Part shown: positions 35,672 through 44,699 of the stretch, piece by piece
Layout: every line of letters begins with the position of its first letter
Numbering within the stretch: the first letter of the stretch is position 1
Virus record (IMG/VR): IMGVR_UViG_3300037424_000161
Location: 1-51,291 of that record
DNA: 51,291 nucleotides
DNA from: a virus
Strand: one strand, 5' to 3'
Made by a program: the position numbers and the translations under genes
Notes under the pieces: model-generated
Databases searched by the model: none
The model's input: the letters and a program-made list of their open reading frames with translations, nothing else
What the model was told of the DNA's origin: nothing

Positions 35672-35846
35672 CTGATATTTTCCTCTTCATAATAGTTTTA
35701 TCACATGGACCTAGTGGATGAATACCTATCAATTCATCTCCTTTCATATGAACACAGATCTTATGTCCAGCCATACAGCAGCTTCTCTCTGCAATGATCT
35801 TGAAGTTTACACACCACTTACATGAGAAGTGATATATAGCTGCCAT
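35652..35846 (-). CDS. Small Cys-rich hypothetical protein
   Basis: 64 aa with eight Cys; tightly packed in the operon. Confidence 0.4.
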   Translation of the reverse strand: MAAIYHFSCKWCVNFKIIAERSCCMAGHKICVHMKGDELIGIHPLGPCDKTIMKRKISDDNSCR

Positions 35847-36059
35847 TTACTTTCCTCCAGTCAATAGTTTAAGTAATTCAGCAGCTTGTTCCTCACTCAT
35901 CTTAGGTGTAGCTTTTGCTCCCTTTCGTGTAGTACTGGAGGTTGAAGTTGTTTTGACAGGAGTGCGTCGACTAAGACGAATGAGACGAAGTGTTTCGAGA
36001 GCTTCATCTGTAGTCATGTCGGTTACTGAAGTAATGCCAAGATTATCGAGGTTAGCCAT
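35847..36059 (-). CDS. Hypothetical protein
   Basis: 70 aa; GGAG upstream of the ATG. Confidence 0.5.
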   Translation of the reverse strand: MANLDNLGITSVTDMTTDEALETLRLIRLSRRTPVKTTSTSSTTRKGAKATPKMSEEQAAELLKLLTGGK

Positions 36060-36063
36060 TTTA

Positions 36064-36282
36064 TTACTCCATCCATCTTACACAATCTTTTGTTGTACAA
36101 GTGCCCCATAGATGTCCATTATAAGCAGCTACTGAATAATGTAAAGTTCCAGTTTTACATATAGGGCATGGAAGTGTTCCATCTCCGCCCTTACCTTTTA
36201 CGTGGCCGTTAGATTTAGCTACTCTATGGGCTTCATTGGCAGCTATTACAACATCTGGTAGTTTATTATTATCAGTGTTCAT
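36064..36282 (-). CDS. Zinc-ribbon protein
   Basis: 72 aa; CPICKTG...CTTKDC; GGAG upstream. Confidence 0.5.
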   Translation of the reverse strand: MNTDNNKLPDVVIAANEAHRVAKSNGHVKGKGGDGTLPCPICKTGTLHYSVAAYNGHLWGTCTTKDCVRWME

Positions 36283-36529
36283 CTTGTTTATCTCCAGCCA
36301 ACGATGCCTGTTTCATAGATCTAATTATCTCTCGTGGCTTTACAGTGCCACTCATTAGGACACCAATAGCTATCCCACCATGTTCCTCGATCATGTCTAG
36401 GACATCATTTAGGATGGGCTGGAAGATAGCTTTACGTAGACCGTATTGGGAGATGAGTTTAGCAGCACGATTCTTTTGTTCTTCTGTAATCTCAAAGATG
36501 AAACGGGGTTTGTATTCTTCATCTAACAT
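36272..36529 (-). CDS. Hypothetical protein
   Basis: 85 aa; GGAG upstream. Confidence 0.5.
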   Translation of the reverse strand: MLDEEYKPRFIFEITEEQKNRAAKLISQYGLRKAIFQPILNDVLDMIEEHGGIAIGVLMSGTVKPREIIRSMKQASLAGDKQDEH

Positions 36530-36533
36530 CTTT

Positions 36534-36761
36534 CTACTCCATTAGTTTCTGCTGAAGTTCTTGTATACGGCACCAGAGGATGAAGGCCCAGCCACTTACA
36601 TCGAGTAGCTCTTGCTGTATCTCGTCAAGTAATTTGTCAGGTGAAGCTCCAAATGAAGTGTCACCATATGTCTCAGCGCCAATTAAGAGACGATCACGTA
36701 GCATAGCTGAGTACATTGGCCACTTACGTACAATAGCATCACGGGAGATAGGGCAGTTCAT
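36534..36761 (-). CDS. Hypothetical protein
   Basis: The ORF-track start 36773 is a TTG. ATG 36761 has GGAG 7 nt upstream and a TAATG overlap with the upstream stop. Confidence 0.5.
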   Translation of the reverse strand: MNCPISRDAIVRKWPMYSAMLRDRLLIGAETYGDTSFGASPDKLLDEIQQELLDVSGWAFILWCRIQELQQKLME

Positions 36762-37927
36762 TAGCGTCTCCAATTAACCTTAGGCATAATCACTTCCTTA
36801 ATCACTCGATCACGGAAAGGAAGGATTCGTCTAATAAGGTTAGTTATCTGTGTCTGAATATCCTGAGTTGGTGTATATCCTAATTCAAATAGTTTATGAT
36901 GCACTGGGTTGTAATAGTGTGACTCAGCTTCAAGTCGAGGATTAGGAATATGATCTATATCAAGATACGAGGAGCGCTCAAGACCTAAATCCCGGGCTGA
37001 TTGTTGCACCATCTTGGCTAACTGATTGACTGTATAGAGGTTCTCGAACTGGTTGAAAGTTCGATATTCACCTTCAGAAGGAGGATTGTTTAGTGCTATT
37101 GTTAGACACTGAATCGAATCTTTCAATGGCAGAAATCCACGAGTCTGTTCTCCTTTTCCGTACACAGTTAGAGAATGTCCAATGATGGCCTGAACACAGA
37201 AGCGATTAATCACAGTGCCGAAGCACTCGTCGTAGTCGAACCTTGTTAACTCATTATCATTTTTAGTTTCGTTAAGACCGAAGACTACACCTTGCATAAT
37301 GTCGGTAGAGTGTAGACCCCAGTTACGACAGGCAAACTCAATGTTGTGAGTGTCGTGGACTTTGCTTAAGTGGTAGAAAGAACCTGCACTACGTGGAAAT
37401 AGTAGATTAGCATATGGACAATCAGTATCACCCTCATGCCAAGCTTTATCACTTCCTACTATTGCAGAATGAACTTCTGGTATTCTTCCTTCGGGTATAT
37501 CACAATTAGGTGTTCCATACTCTCCCATTGTACCTAATTTAATGAGATGGGCTGAAGGACAGGACTCTTTCATAGCCCAAAGTAGATGTAATGTACCTAT
37601 AACATTCTGCTGCTGAGTCTCAGTCGCATGACGAACTGATTTCATTGAGTATGCAGCAGATGGTTGTTCAGCCAGATGTATGATTGCTTCTGGTTGAAAT
37701 GACCTTACTAGATTAGTGAGTGCTGTATAATCCACACCAAGAGTTATTCTGGAAGTAGGAAACTTCTTCCTATGATCAATAGATGTTAGGGAAGAACTTC
37801 CTTCATTGTACACTCTATGATCTCTCGAATGATTATCCATACCAAGTACATCATGGCCCCTAGAATCTAGATGAAGTGCCAGTGGCCATCCAATATAGCC
37901 GTCAATTCCCAGAATGAGAACTCTCAT
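36761..37927 (-). CDS. sqdB: UDP-sulfoquinovose synthase (SQD1/SqdB) homologue, extended SDR
   Basis: 388 aa. Blocks ILGIDGYIGW, KLGTMGEYGTPN, SFYHLSKVHDTHNI (YxxxK), NRFCVQAIIGHSLTVYGKGEQTRGF and PNPRLEAESHYYN match my recollection of SQD1 almost block for block. Confidence 0.7.
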   Translation of the reverse strand: MRVLILGIDGYIGWPLALHLDSRGHDVLGMDNHSRDHRVYNEGSSSLTSIDHRKKFPTSRITLGVDYTALTNLVRSFQPEAIIHLAEQPSAAYSMKSVRHATETQQQNVIGTLHLLWAMKESCPSAHLIKLGTMGEYGTPNCDIPEGRIPEVHSAIVGSDKAWHEGDTDCPYANLLFPRSAGSFYHLSKVHDTHNIEFACRNWGLHSTDIMQGVVFGLNETKNDNELTRFDYDECFGTVINRFCVQAIIGHSLTVYGKGEQTRGFLPLKDSIQCLTIALNNPPSEGEYRTFNQFENLYTVNQLAKMVQQSARDLGLERSSYLDIDHIPNPRLEAESHYYNPVHHKLFELGYTPTQDIQTQITNLIRRILPFRDRVIKEVIMPKVNWRR

Positions 37928-38103
37928 GATTGCTCCTTTATATTTAAGGATTCTCTATGGAAATCAGCTTTATGATACTTAAGTTTATCATCAAACCAGC
38001 CGCATCTAATCCAAGGTCTTTCCATAGTTTCCATAATTGCTACTATAGTCATATCAGGTCTACCAGATTTTAATGTAACTATCATACCTAACCAAAGTCC
38101 CAT
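37924..38103 (-). CDS. Small DUF2158-like protein
   Basis: ORF 37924..38154 trimmed to ATG 38103 (GGAGG upstream) because the longer version runs through the palindrome. Contains LKSGRPDMTIVAI...CGWFD. Confidence 0.45.
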   Translation of the reverse strand: MGLWLGMIVTLKSGRPDMTIVAIMETMERPWIRCGWFDDKLKYHKADFHRESLNIKEQS

Positions 38104-38113
38104 TTTGACCTCC

Positions 38114-38138
38114 AGTTCGTTTAAAATTTGAATGAACT
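38114..38138. repeat. 25-bp palindromic motif, copy 14
   Basis: agttcgtttaaaatttgaatgaact. On the minus strand it is followed directly by GGAGGTCAAA-ATG (38103). Confidence 0.9.
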
Positions 38139-38207
38139 TGCGGGCTCGGAACATTTCACCACTTGTGGCTCCGATAGTTTTTATCAGTGGACACCCGCAA
38201 CCTTCAT

Positions 38208-38669
38208 TTAGAACTCTTCATCAGCAGCTGCAACCCTTCTTGCAGGCCCGGCTCCAACAACATACTTGGAGATAGTATTCTTATCCCCGTACTGATCATC
38301 CTTTTGAATTCCTAGAATGACCCAGCCTTCCTTACCGACTAGCTCATTCCAATCAAAAGGTCGACTATAGTCAATTCCGAAACAGATAGCAAAATTCTTG
38401 AACTGACTAAGTGCACGAGTAGCTTTCTTCATATCAAGCTTATCTCGAGTCGCCAGATCCCAGAAGAAAGCATTGAATTCCTTCACAAGGGGCTGATCAG
38501 AAATATCGAAGAGTGGCTGATAATAGTGGGCTCCATTATTCTTGTCACTATATCCGTCATTCATTCCGATAATTCGTGCCTTTACCTCTGACCCACGAGG
38601 AAGGATAGTGGGATCTTGAGAGGTGGAGATTTCCTTTTCCAAATTACTATAATCTGATAGAGGTGACAT
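38208..38669 (-). CDS. Putative ssDNA-binding protein
   Basis: 153 aa ending in an acidic tail AADEEF, as in many SSBs. Adjacent to the recombination ATPase and exonuclease. No motif-level proof. Confidence 0.4.
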   Translation of the reverse strand: MSPLSDYSNLEKEISTSQDPTILPRGSEVKARIIGMNDGYSDKNNGAHYYQPLFDISDQPLVKEFNAFFWDLATRDKLDMKKATRALSQFKNFAICFGIDYSRPFDWNELVGKEGWVILGIQKDDQYGDKNTISKYVVGAGPARRVAAADEEF

Positions 38670-38715
38670 AACTTTTCCTTTTATGTTAGAGTTTTGGGGT
38701 TAGTTGCTTTTGCAC

Positions 38716-38991
38716 CTACAGTTCTATTCGTTCTATGATACTTGACAATCTACTGTTGTATTCATTCATAACTTTAGCCAATCCCTGTAATGACGCAGCA
38801 AGTGGAACTAGATCCAGTGGCCTCTCTGGTTTTGGCTTGTCTTTAGCTACCTTGCTGTCCGCTAGAACTATGGATAATCTATTATCCAATTCATCTAGTT
38901 TATTTGAAAGCTGTTGAATTTCCTTCTCTATCATCTCACGAGCTGAGACCACTTGAGATGGTCTGGATACTCCTATTGTATTGTATCTCAA
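38716..38991 (-). CDS. Coiled-coil hypothetical protein
   Basis: 91 aa with heptad-like sequence. Confidence 0.5.
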   Translation of the reverse strand: MRYNTIGVSRPSQVVSAREMIEKEIQQLSNKLDELDNRLSIVLADSKVAKDKPKPERPLDLVPLAASLQGLAKVMNEYNSRLSSIIERIEL

Positions 38992-39000
38992 TTTTACCCC

Positions 39001-39822
39001 CTATTCAAACGTAAGTTTTGGTTTATCTTCCCAGCTCAATCCGATTTTCTTGAGCAATGCTTTAATGTTAGGTGGCTCGCTCGGCTCAAGCTTACCATTT
39101 GCTTTAAGACGTGAGCGAGCAATGTACTTTCCTTGTGAATCTATCAATAGTCGTCGTTTAGGATTTTCACCTCCTTCTCCAAGTAGTACATAGATTTCGT
39201 CGAACAAAAGTGGAATTGTTAGGACAGCCTGACCTATTGTGTAAAAGCGATATTCGATTAGCTTACGCTCAATCCCGGTTGAGGGATCTATGCTGAGTAA
39301 TTCCTCATTTTCACGTAAATGAGCGTTGAGAATGAAGTCGCATGTGAGGGACATTAACTTCTTAATGTAATTAGTCATCTCGATCTTAGCTGGATTGTAG
39401 TCATGTCGATGACGAGGAGCTTCACCTGCATGACCGGCAGATTTTAACTGATAATTCATAATAGCATCGCCCCACATAGTTGCACCATCTAAACAATAGG
39501 TACCAAAGTGATCAAAGTAACCTACTTTTAGACGTATCTCAGTGGTTGATTTCCACTTGGCAAATTTATCTGGATTGAAGGGATCATCACCTTCCCATTG
39601 AGTATCAGCGATTACATCGCCAGATTCGATGAGTGGACGGAGACACTTAGTCCCACCTGGATCGAAGCTGTCGATGTGCACTGGGCGTCGAGCGGTATGG
39701 AGTAGATAGGTCTTACCAGCACCTACTCCACCACAGACGAGAGCACTGAAGCGCTTTTGCAAGGGGTCACCTGCGTAGTAATCCCGAACTTTCTTTAATT
39801 CATTACGGTAATCGTAAGGCAT
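39001..39822 (-). CDS. Sak4-like (AAA_24) recombination ATPase
   Basis: 273 aa. Walker A CGGVGAGKTY near the N-terminus, followed by IDSFDPGG. Confidence 0.55.
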   Translation of the reverse strand: MPYDYRNELKKVRDYYAGDPLQKRFSALVCGGVGAGKTYLLHTARRPVHIDSFDPGGTKCLRPLIESGDVIADTQWEGDDPFNPDKFAKWKSTTEIRLKVGYFDHFGTYCLDGATMWGDAIMNYQLKSAGHAGEAPRHRHDYNPAKIEMTNYIKKLMSLTCDFILNAHLRENEELLSIDPSTGIERKLIEYRFYTIGQAVLTIPLLFDEIYVLLGEGGENPKRRLLIDSQGKYIARSRLKANGKLEPSEPPNIKALLKKIGLSWEDKPKLTFE

Positions 39823-40034
39823 TAGTCATCACCTTTGAATGGATTGTCTGGATTGAAAGGCTCCTTCTCCATTGTAGATTTTGGTACTGCCTTCTCCTGA
39901 AGTTCAGGATGTGATTCCACTATCATTTCTATCATGATAGTAACTGCATCTGGATTACTATCTAGCCACTTCCATATCTCATCTGCATCGAGATCATCCA
40001 GATATCTAAGGAACTTCTTCAGATTATCGTTCAT
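39822..40034 (-). CDS. Hypothetical acidic protein
   Basis: 70 aa; GGAGG upstream. Confidence 0.5.
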   Translation of the reverse strand: MNDNLKKFLRYLDDLDADEIWKWLDSNPDAVTIMIEMIVESHPELQEKAVPKSTMEKEPFNPDNPFKGDD

Positions 40035-40170
40035 TACTTCCTCCGTACCTATTTACATGAGTATTTCTTTTCAATCTTCGTTGCTTTCTTGTAAGCCCAT
40101 TTCGATGAATCTTCTTACCTTTAGTGGGTGATCTAAAATGAGAAGAATCAAATGGAGTTCCTTTCTTCAT
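40024..40170 (-). CDS. Possible small highly basic protein (48 aa, below ORF-track cutoff)
   Basis: ATGA overlap with the exonuclease stop. Translates MKKGTPFDSSHFRSPTKGKKIHRNGLTRKQRRLKRN.... Confidence 0.25.
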   Translation of the reverse strand: MKKGTPFDSSHFRSPTKGKKIHRNGLTRKQRRLKRNTHVNRYGGSNER

Positions 40171-41168
40171 CTTTGCCACTCCAAGTTTTTCTTAACACTA
40201 GTCTCCATTTTGCTAGGGTCCCAGAACTCCACTCGATAACCGAGAGGAGGCTCATAACAACGTTGAAGTGGATTGCTCCAACTCAGACAGAAGTCATGGA
40301 AAGGGCAGCCTTTGTAAGCAGTGCAGGACTTGGGATTCTGCTGAAAGGCCATGAGGACTGCATCATCTTCCTTACAGTGACTGAGTCGATCCATGTCCCT
40401 TTCAAGGTTATCTACTATATCGTTTACGTTCCATAACCAGACATTCATCTGTTCAGGTGTCTTGAATGCAGGGATGTAGCGTGTAGTAGTATGATAACCA
40501 GCCCCGCGATTCTTACTTCCACGTTCAAGGAATTCGAAGCCAGTTTTACAGAACTCAACACCGAGAACTTTGTCGATAGGAAAGAGGCAGTAGAGACAAT
40601 GTGTGTAAGTGCCATTCTGTATGCTGAGGAATAGTTCCTCATCCCATCGAGTGTCGTGAATCCACTTGCCGGACGTAGTCTTGTGATCCCAACTGAAGTA
40701 TTTATCTTCACTGATCCGATGCATCATACTGTCCATTCGATAGTGAATGTAGCGATCCTTGTCGATAGGAACAGTGCCCGAGATTTCAGTCATCTTGTGA
40801 CCATCTATGATGACTACTTCATTGTCACATAGATCACGCGAGTGCTCCTCAGCCATCTGCATTATTCCGCGGAGGGCAGCTGCTGGGGTCTTAGGAATGT
40901 ACATAGCATCTGTCTCTGGATCAAAATGCTTTCGATATTCAGTAAGGAAAGCGTTCATTGCTCCAGGAATGTCATCATAGCCATAGAGGAGCTGGTGTTC
41001 ACGAGCTTTATGCCAGGAGTTACCGAATGCTAGATCATGAGCTGGAGTATCAGGAGTCCAACCTAGAATGTGACGGTAGAAGTATTTGCGAGGACAAGTA
41101 ATGTACTCATCAAGTTTGGATGAGTCGTAGATGAACCACTCAGGATGTTCAGTTAGAGGAAAGGTCAT
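40167..41168 (-). CDS. Cas4-like PD-(D/E)XK exonuclease
   Basis: 333 aa. N-terminal Cys (ITCPRKY) plus C-terminal CTAYKGCPFHDFC (Fe-S-type cluster spacing). Nuclease-like MDSMM...SWDHKTT. Confidence 0.6.
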   Translation of the reverse strand: MTFPLTEHPEWFIYDSSKLDEYITCPRKYFYRHILGWTPDTPAHDLAFGNSWHKAREHQLLYGYDDIPGAMNAFLTEYRKHFDPETDAMYIPKTPAAALRGIMQMAEEHSRDLCDNEVVIIDGHKMTEISGTVPIDKDRYIHYRMDSMMHRISEDKYFSWDHKTTSGKWIHDTRWDEELFLSIQNGTYTHCLYCLFPIDKVLGVEFCKTGFEFLERGSKNRGAGYHTTTRYIPAFKTPEQMNVWLWNVNDIVDNLERDMDRLSHCKEDDAVLMAFQQNPKSCTAYKGCPFHDFCLSWSNPLQRCYEPPLGYRVEFWDPSKMETSVKKNLEWQR

Positions 41169-41668
41169 AGGAGGGCCTCCAACTGATCTGGGAGAGATTC
41201 ACACTCAGATATACAATACTCAAGAGACCTTACTACACCATCGACAGGGTATCTCTCTTCAATTTCTCTGAGCTCTCTACTCACAACTGATAAATCCGTT
41301 GCATCTCCAGAGTGACCACAATCATAGCCAAACCACCAAGGTTGGTAGCCAATTATTTCACTAACTGGCACTGGATAATCTTTACTTCCTCCTGCATAAG
41401 TTATTCCACCGTGAACATTGAAGAGAATTTCTGGTGTAACTCTCTCTCCATCCCAACATAGAGGTGGAATTACTCCACGCTTTCCTATCTCAGACTGTTT
41501 TAGCCCATCTAACTTTGAATGAAGAAACTCACAGTCCTGTGAGTAATCTATATTGTAGAGTGAATGACTAGACTGAATACCCACATATCCACATCTATAT
41601 CCCATACTTGTTAGTAGAACTATGCAGATATTACTCTTGTGCCTCCAGATCTTTTCAACCTGATACAT
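41165..41668 (-). CDS. Conserved-looking hypothetical protein
   Basis: 167 aa; contains GYRCGYVGI, VHGGITYAG and WWFGYDCGHSGD; function not recognised. Confidence 0.5.
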   Translation of the reverse strand: MYQVEKIWRHKSNICIVLLTSMGYRCGYVGIQSSHSLYNIDYSQDCEFLHSKLDGLKQSEIGKRGVIPPLCWDGERVTPEILFNVHGGITYAGGSKDYPVPVSEIIGYQPWWFGYDCGHSGDATDLSVVSRELREIEERYPVDGVVRSLEYCISECESLPDQLEALL

Positions 41669-41673
41669 CGCTT

Positions 41674-41868
41674 TTACTCCTTCCTCAACAAGTGAAGGTC
41701 GAGCAATTCCTGAGTCAATCGAAGGATTCGATTGTCAAGCTCGTCGTTAGCTAATGTATCCACACTATGCTCTTCACCTGGAATTGATGTAGTTGGAGTA
41801 TGCTTCCTAATACGAAGGTTCCAAAGTGCTTGCTTTCGCCACTGTCGTAGAGTTCGTTCAGTTATCAT
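41674..41868 (-). CDS. Hypothetical protein
   Basis: 64 aa in operon context. Confidence 0.45.
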   Translation of the reverse strand: MITERTLRQWRKQALWNLRIRKHTPTTSIPGEEHSVDTLANDELDNRILRLTQELLDLHLLRKE

Positions 41869-41876
41869 TGTTCACC

Positions 41877-42155
41877 TCATTCATTCTCTGAAATGAACAT
41901 TAGATCGTTACGTCTGATTCGAGATGCTATCGCACCAAAAGAACGACCGTGGGCTTTGGCAGTGTTGGTGAGAAATGTTTTGACTTCATTTGCGAGAGTA
42001 CCATCTTCAGATGGAGACCAGGGGCTGCCTGATCTATCATAATTGTTAGGATGTTTGTGATAGTTATTCACATGGGCAGTCATTATAGCCTCCCATGTAT
42101 TACTCATTTCACTGCTGATAATCTGCTTTATTTCGGTTATCTGTTCAGGTTTCAT
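41877..42155 (-). CDS. Hypothetical protein (possible Myb/SANT-like helix)
   Basis: 92 aa; first gene downstream of the 42212..42183 promoter; contains WSPSEDGTL...GRSFGAIASRI. Confidence 0.5.
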   Translation of the reverse strand: MKPEQITEIKQIISSEMSNTWEAIMTAHVNNYHKHPNNYDRSGSPWSPSEDGTLANEVKTFLTNTAKAHGRSFGAIASRIRRNDLMFISENE

Positions 42156-42182
42156 TTTATTATCCTTTCATCAATGTAATAC

Positions 42183-42212
42183 ATTGTACCACAAGTAGCA
42201 CTTTGTTGTCAA
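42183..42212 (-). promoter_or_regulatory. Sigma70-type promoter (TTGACA-N18-TACAAT with TGG extended -10)
   Basis: Minus strand reads TTGACAacaaagtgctacttgTGGTACAAT. Located between the stop at 42226 and ATG 42155. Confidence 0.55.
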
Positions 42213-42225
42213 CAAGGTAATTCAC

Positions 42226-42426
42226 TTATAGACCATGTCTAGCTAACTCTGGATCATATGCTATCTTGTTAGTTCTGGGGTCTATAACTACTGCATCGCC
42301 ATAGTGAGATACATTAGATCTAGCCTCAGCTAATGAGTCACAGATCTCACATACTATTGCTCTATCTTGATTAAACCTTGCACGACCGTCCATAATCCAG
42401 TATTCCTTTTTCTTCTTTTTACTCAT
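42226..42426 (-). CDS. Hypothetical protein
   Basis: 66 aa; ATGA-type coupling with the upstream gene. Confidence 0.5.
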   Translation of the reverse strand: MSKKKKKEYWIMDGRARFNQDRAIVCEICDSLAEARSNVSHYGDAVVIDPRTNKIAYDPELARHGL

Positions 42427-42713
42427 AGCACTATATTCCTTTCGAGATACGTTCTCTCTTTAAAGAGTAACAAGTTTAATCTCCCGTGCTTATACGCAAA
42501 TATAGCACACGCTATCGAGTTCATCACGTTTAGTGAGCAAGGTACGATGTAATCCTCAGGGCCTGAATCTTTCATGTGTTCCTTAAATTCACGAGTCATG
42601 TTGTTCGTAGCGTATCGATTCATAGGGCCTTCGGATAGAAACACTATCTCTCCGTATTTATTAGCTTCACTAAAGTCATGCGAACTCCTATTTACCACAT
42701 AGACTTTATTCAT
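42423..42713 (-). CDS. Hypothetical protein
   Basis: 96 aa in operon context. Confidence 0.5.
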   Translation of the reverse strand: MNKVYVVNRSSHDFSEANKYGEIVFLSEGPMNRYATNNMTREFKEHMKDSGPEDYIVPCSLNVMNSIACAIFAYKHGRLNLLLFKERTYLERNIVL

Positions 42714-43059
42714 TAGGTGGGTCCTTATCTATGTCATGCATAGGTGAGGTACCTATCATAGATTTCATCTGATCGATGAGTTGGTTGGGAGCAGATGAAG
42801 TAATTTCTTTACGGAAGTTCTCAGTAGGTCGTCGATCACCCATGCCGAGGGGTGGATAACGTAGATCGTTTGATTTTTGAACGATCTTTTCGTCACTAAA
42901 AGCTGGGACTGTAGCTGGATCGAAGTACACTGATAGGTTGATAGGAACTTCAGGACAGATATGAGGTACTACAGTGTCCAAGATCTGACTATATTTCTTG
43001 GACACTATTTTGATGAGAGGTAAGCGAGTGTTACAACGAGAACAGTAGATGAATTTCAT
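42706..43059 (-). CDS. Hypothetical protein with N-terminal CxxC
   Basis: 117 aa; contains an intragenic copy of the palindrome. Confidence 0.5.
   Translation of the reverse strand: MKFIYCSRCNTRLPLIKIVSKKYSQILDTVVPHICPEVPINLSVYFDPATVPAFSDEKIVQKSNDLRYPPLGMGDRRPTENFRKEITSSAPNQLIDQMKSMIGTSPMHDIDKDPPNE
42863..42887. repeat. 25-bp palindromic motif, copy 15 (intragenic)
   Basis: agatcgtttgatttttgaacgatct inside CDS 42706..43059. Confidence 0.7.
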
Positions 43060-43412
43060 CTGTCACCCTTATCATCGTTGTCATACTCATCGTCGAGAAT
43101 TGATTCTTCGTCAGTTTCTTCTTTGATGATAACTTCACACTGTTTCCAAGGCTTAGCGCTCGGATCTAACTTGGTAATTTCACAGACAAGATCTGTGTCA
43201 ATTCCAAGCATTCCAGCTATCTCAGCGCTAAACTTCTTCGGAATGTAGCCGCACATTACACCTTTATACTCAATCTTAACCGCATTAGGATCGAATTTGT
43301 TAGTTGGCTCAGGGACGAGATCCAGTTCATCTCCCTCGCTCAGTTTGCTGATTACAGTGGACAGTAGATGGTGCTGTACGCCGGCTATGTAGAACTTTCT
43401 TTCGCTTGACAT
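43056..43412 (-). CDS. HIRAN domain protein
   Basis: 118 aa. FYIAGVQHH...GDELDLVPEPTNKFDPNAVKIEYKGVMCGYIPK matches the HIRAN pattern. Acidic C-terminus. Confidence 0.6.
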   Translation of the reverse strand: MSSERKFYIAGVQHHLLSTVISKLSEGDELDLVPEPTNKFDPNAVKIEYKGVMCGYIPKKFSAEIAGMLGIDTDLVCEITKLDPSAKPWKQCEVIIKEETDEESILDDEYDNDDKGDR

Positions 43413-43576
43413 CTTTCTTTCTCCTTTTTAAGTTGTGAAAGTATCTCTGATAGTATAGATAATACTATCCTAGATCCTTCTCCAATAACATGCTGGTCAT
43501 TGTGTTTAGGATCTTCTTTCTTCAGTTTTTTAAGGTACTCAACTACATTACGTGAACTGACAGTTATTACACTCAT
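43385..43576 (-). CDS. Hypothetical protein
   Basis: 63 aa; overlaps the HIRAN gene start by 28 nt. Confidence 0.4.
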   Translation of the reverse strand: MSVITVSSRNVVEYLKKLKKEDPKHNDQHVIGEGSRIVLSILSEILSQLKKEKERCQAKESST

Positions 43577-43833
43577 ATGAGAGGTTCTCCCTTCTCATTA
43601 ACTAAGCCCCACTTATATAGTACTTGATGATAGTGTAGTTCAGTATGTGGAGGTCTCTCGTTGAGACATACTGCATAACTATTCTCAGCATTCATACCTA
43701 AACATTCACAGTGAGCAGCGAGAGCTCTGGCATGAATGAGAACCATAGCATTGCTTGTATAGATCTTACCTTGTCCATACAGTTTTGCATATGCCTCATT
43801 CATACCTTTGAATCTATCTTCATCACTATTCAT
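43573..43833 (-). CDS. Hypothetical protein
   Basis: 86 aa; ATGA coupling. Confidence 0.5.
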   Translation of the reverse strand: MNSDEDRFKGMNEAYAKLYGQGKIYTSNAMVLIHARALAAHCECLGMNAENSYAVCLNERPPHTELHYHQVLYKWGLVNEKGEPLI

Positions 43834-44699
43834 ACCTTCACCTCTATCTCCACAAACACAGGAAATCTAGGCACTTGCTTACCACTTGTTAGATGCTGAT
43901 ACTTGATTCGAGCAGTCATTCCTTTGATGAGTTCCTTTGCTTCCCACAGTTCCTTCCTTCTATCTTCACTAAAACCAGTTCCCACATTAAATAGATTACC
44001 ATCGCCGCTCTTACAGATGAGGGCTCCCAGTGTGTCCTTTGGAGTTCCTTCCTTATCAACTTCCTCAACGAAGCCGACGATTTCATATTCATCTTCTTTC
44101 TTAGGCTTAAACTTCATCACGAATGTAGACCGCTTACGTTCGTAGAAATTCATGTTATGACGAACTATGATTCCCTCGTAGCCATCCTTGAGCACTTGAT
44201 CATAAGCCCTCATTACATCATCTAGGTTTTCACATAGATAGAACGGAGATATGACAAGCCAAGGATTGAGACCTCGAAGAGCTTCAATGAGAAGCTGACG
44301 ACGCATCTGAGGTTGATCATTGACTATGTCGAAGATGTGGAATTGGATCTTGAGGAAGTCAGTGTGAAGATTGACTGAACGAGAGGTGATACTTACTATT
44401 TGTTCAAAAGACATTCCGTGACAGTAGAGCTCACCATCTAATTCACACTTCAAGTTAAGTTTAGCAAGGATCTCGTTCAAGTGAGGGACACTGTAGATAA
44501 TGTTCTCCTCAGATGAGAGTAACATATACTCATTACCTTTAGGGCCTGTCTGAAGAGGGACAGCACGACAGCGAATGCCATCATACTTTGGCTGTACAAT
44601 ATAAGGAGAAATCCACTTTGCCAGACGCTTCTCCTCAAAAGGATAACACTTCATGATATTCTTCCAGCGCTGCCAAGTATTATTCATGGCTGATCTCAT
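43830..44699 (-). CDS. lig: ATP-dependent DNA ligase
   Basis: 289 aa. Adenylation motif I VQPKYDGIRC (KxDG) and EGIIVR (motif IV-like). Compact phage-type size. Confidence 0.75.
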   Translation of the reverse strand: MRSAMNNTWQRWKNIMKCYPFEEKRLAKWISPYIVQPKYDGIRCRAVPLQTGPKGNEYMLLSSEENIIYSVPHLNEILAKLNLKCELDGELYCHGMSFEQIVSITSRSVNLHTDFLKIQFHIFDIVNDQPQMRRQLLIEALRGLNPWLVISPFYLCENLDDVMRAYDQVLKDGYEGIIVRHNMNFYERKRSTFVMKFKPKKEDEYEIVGFVEEVDKEGTPKDTLGALICKSGDGNLFNVGTGFSEDRRKELWEAKELIKGMTARIKYQHLTSGKQVPRFPVFVEIEVKV

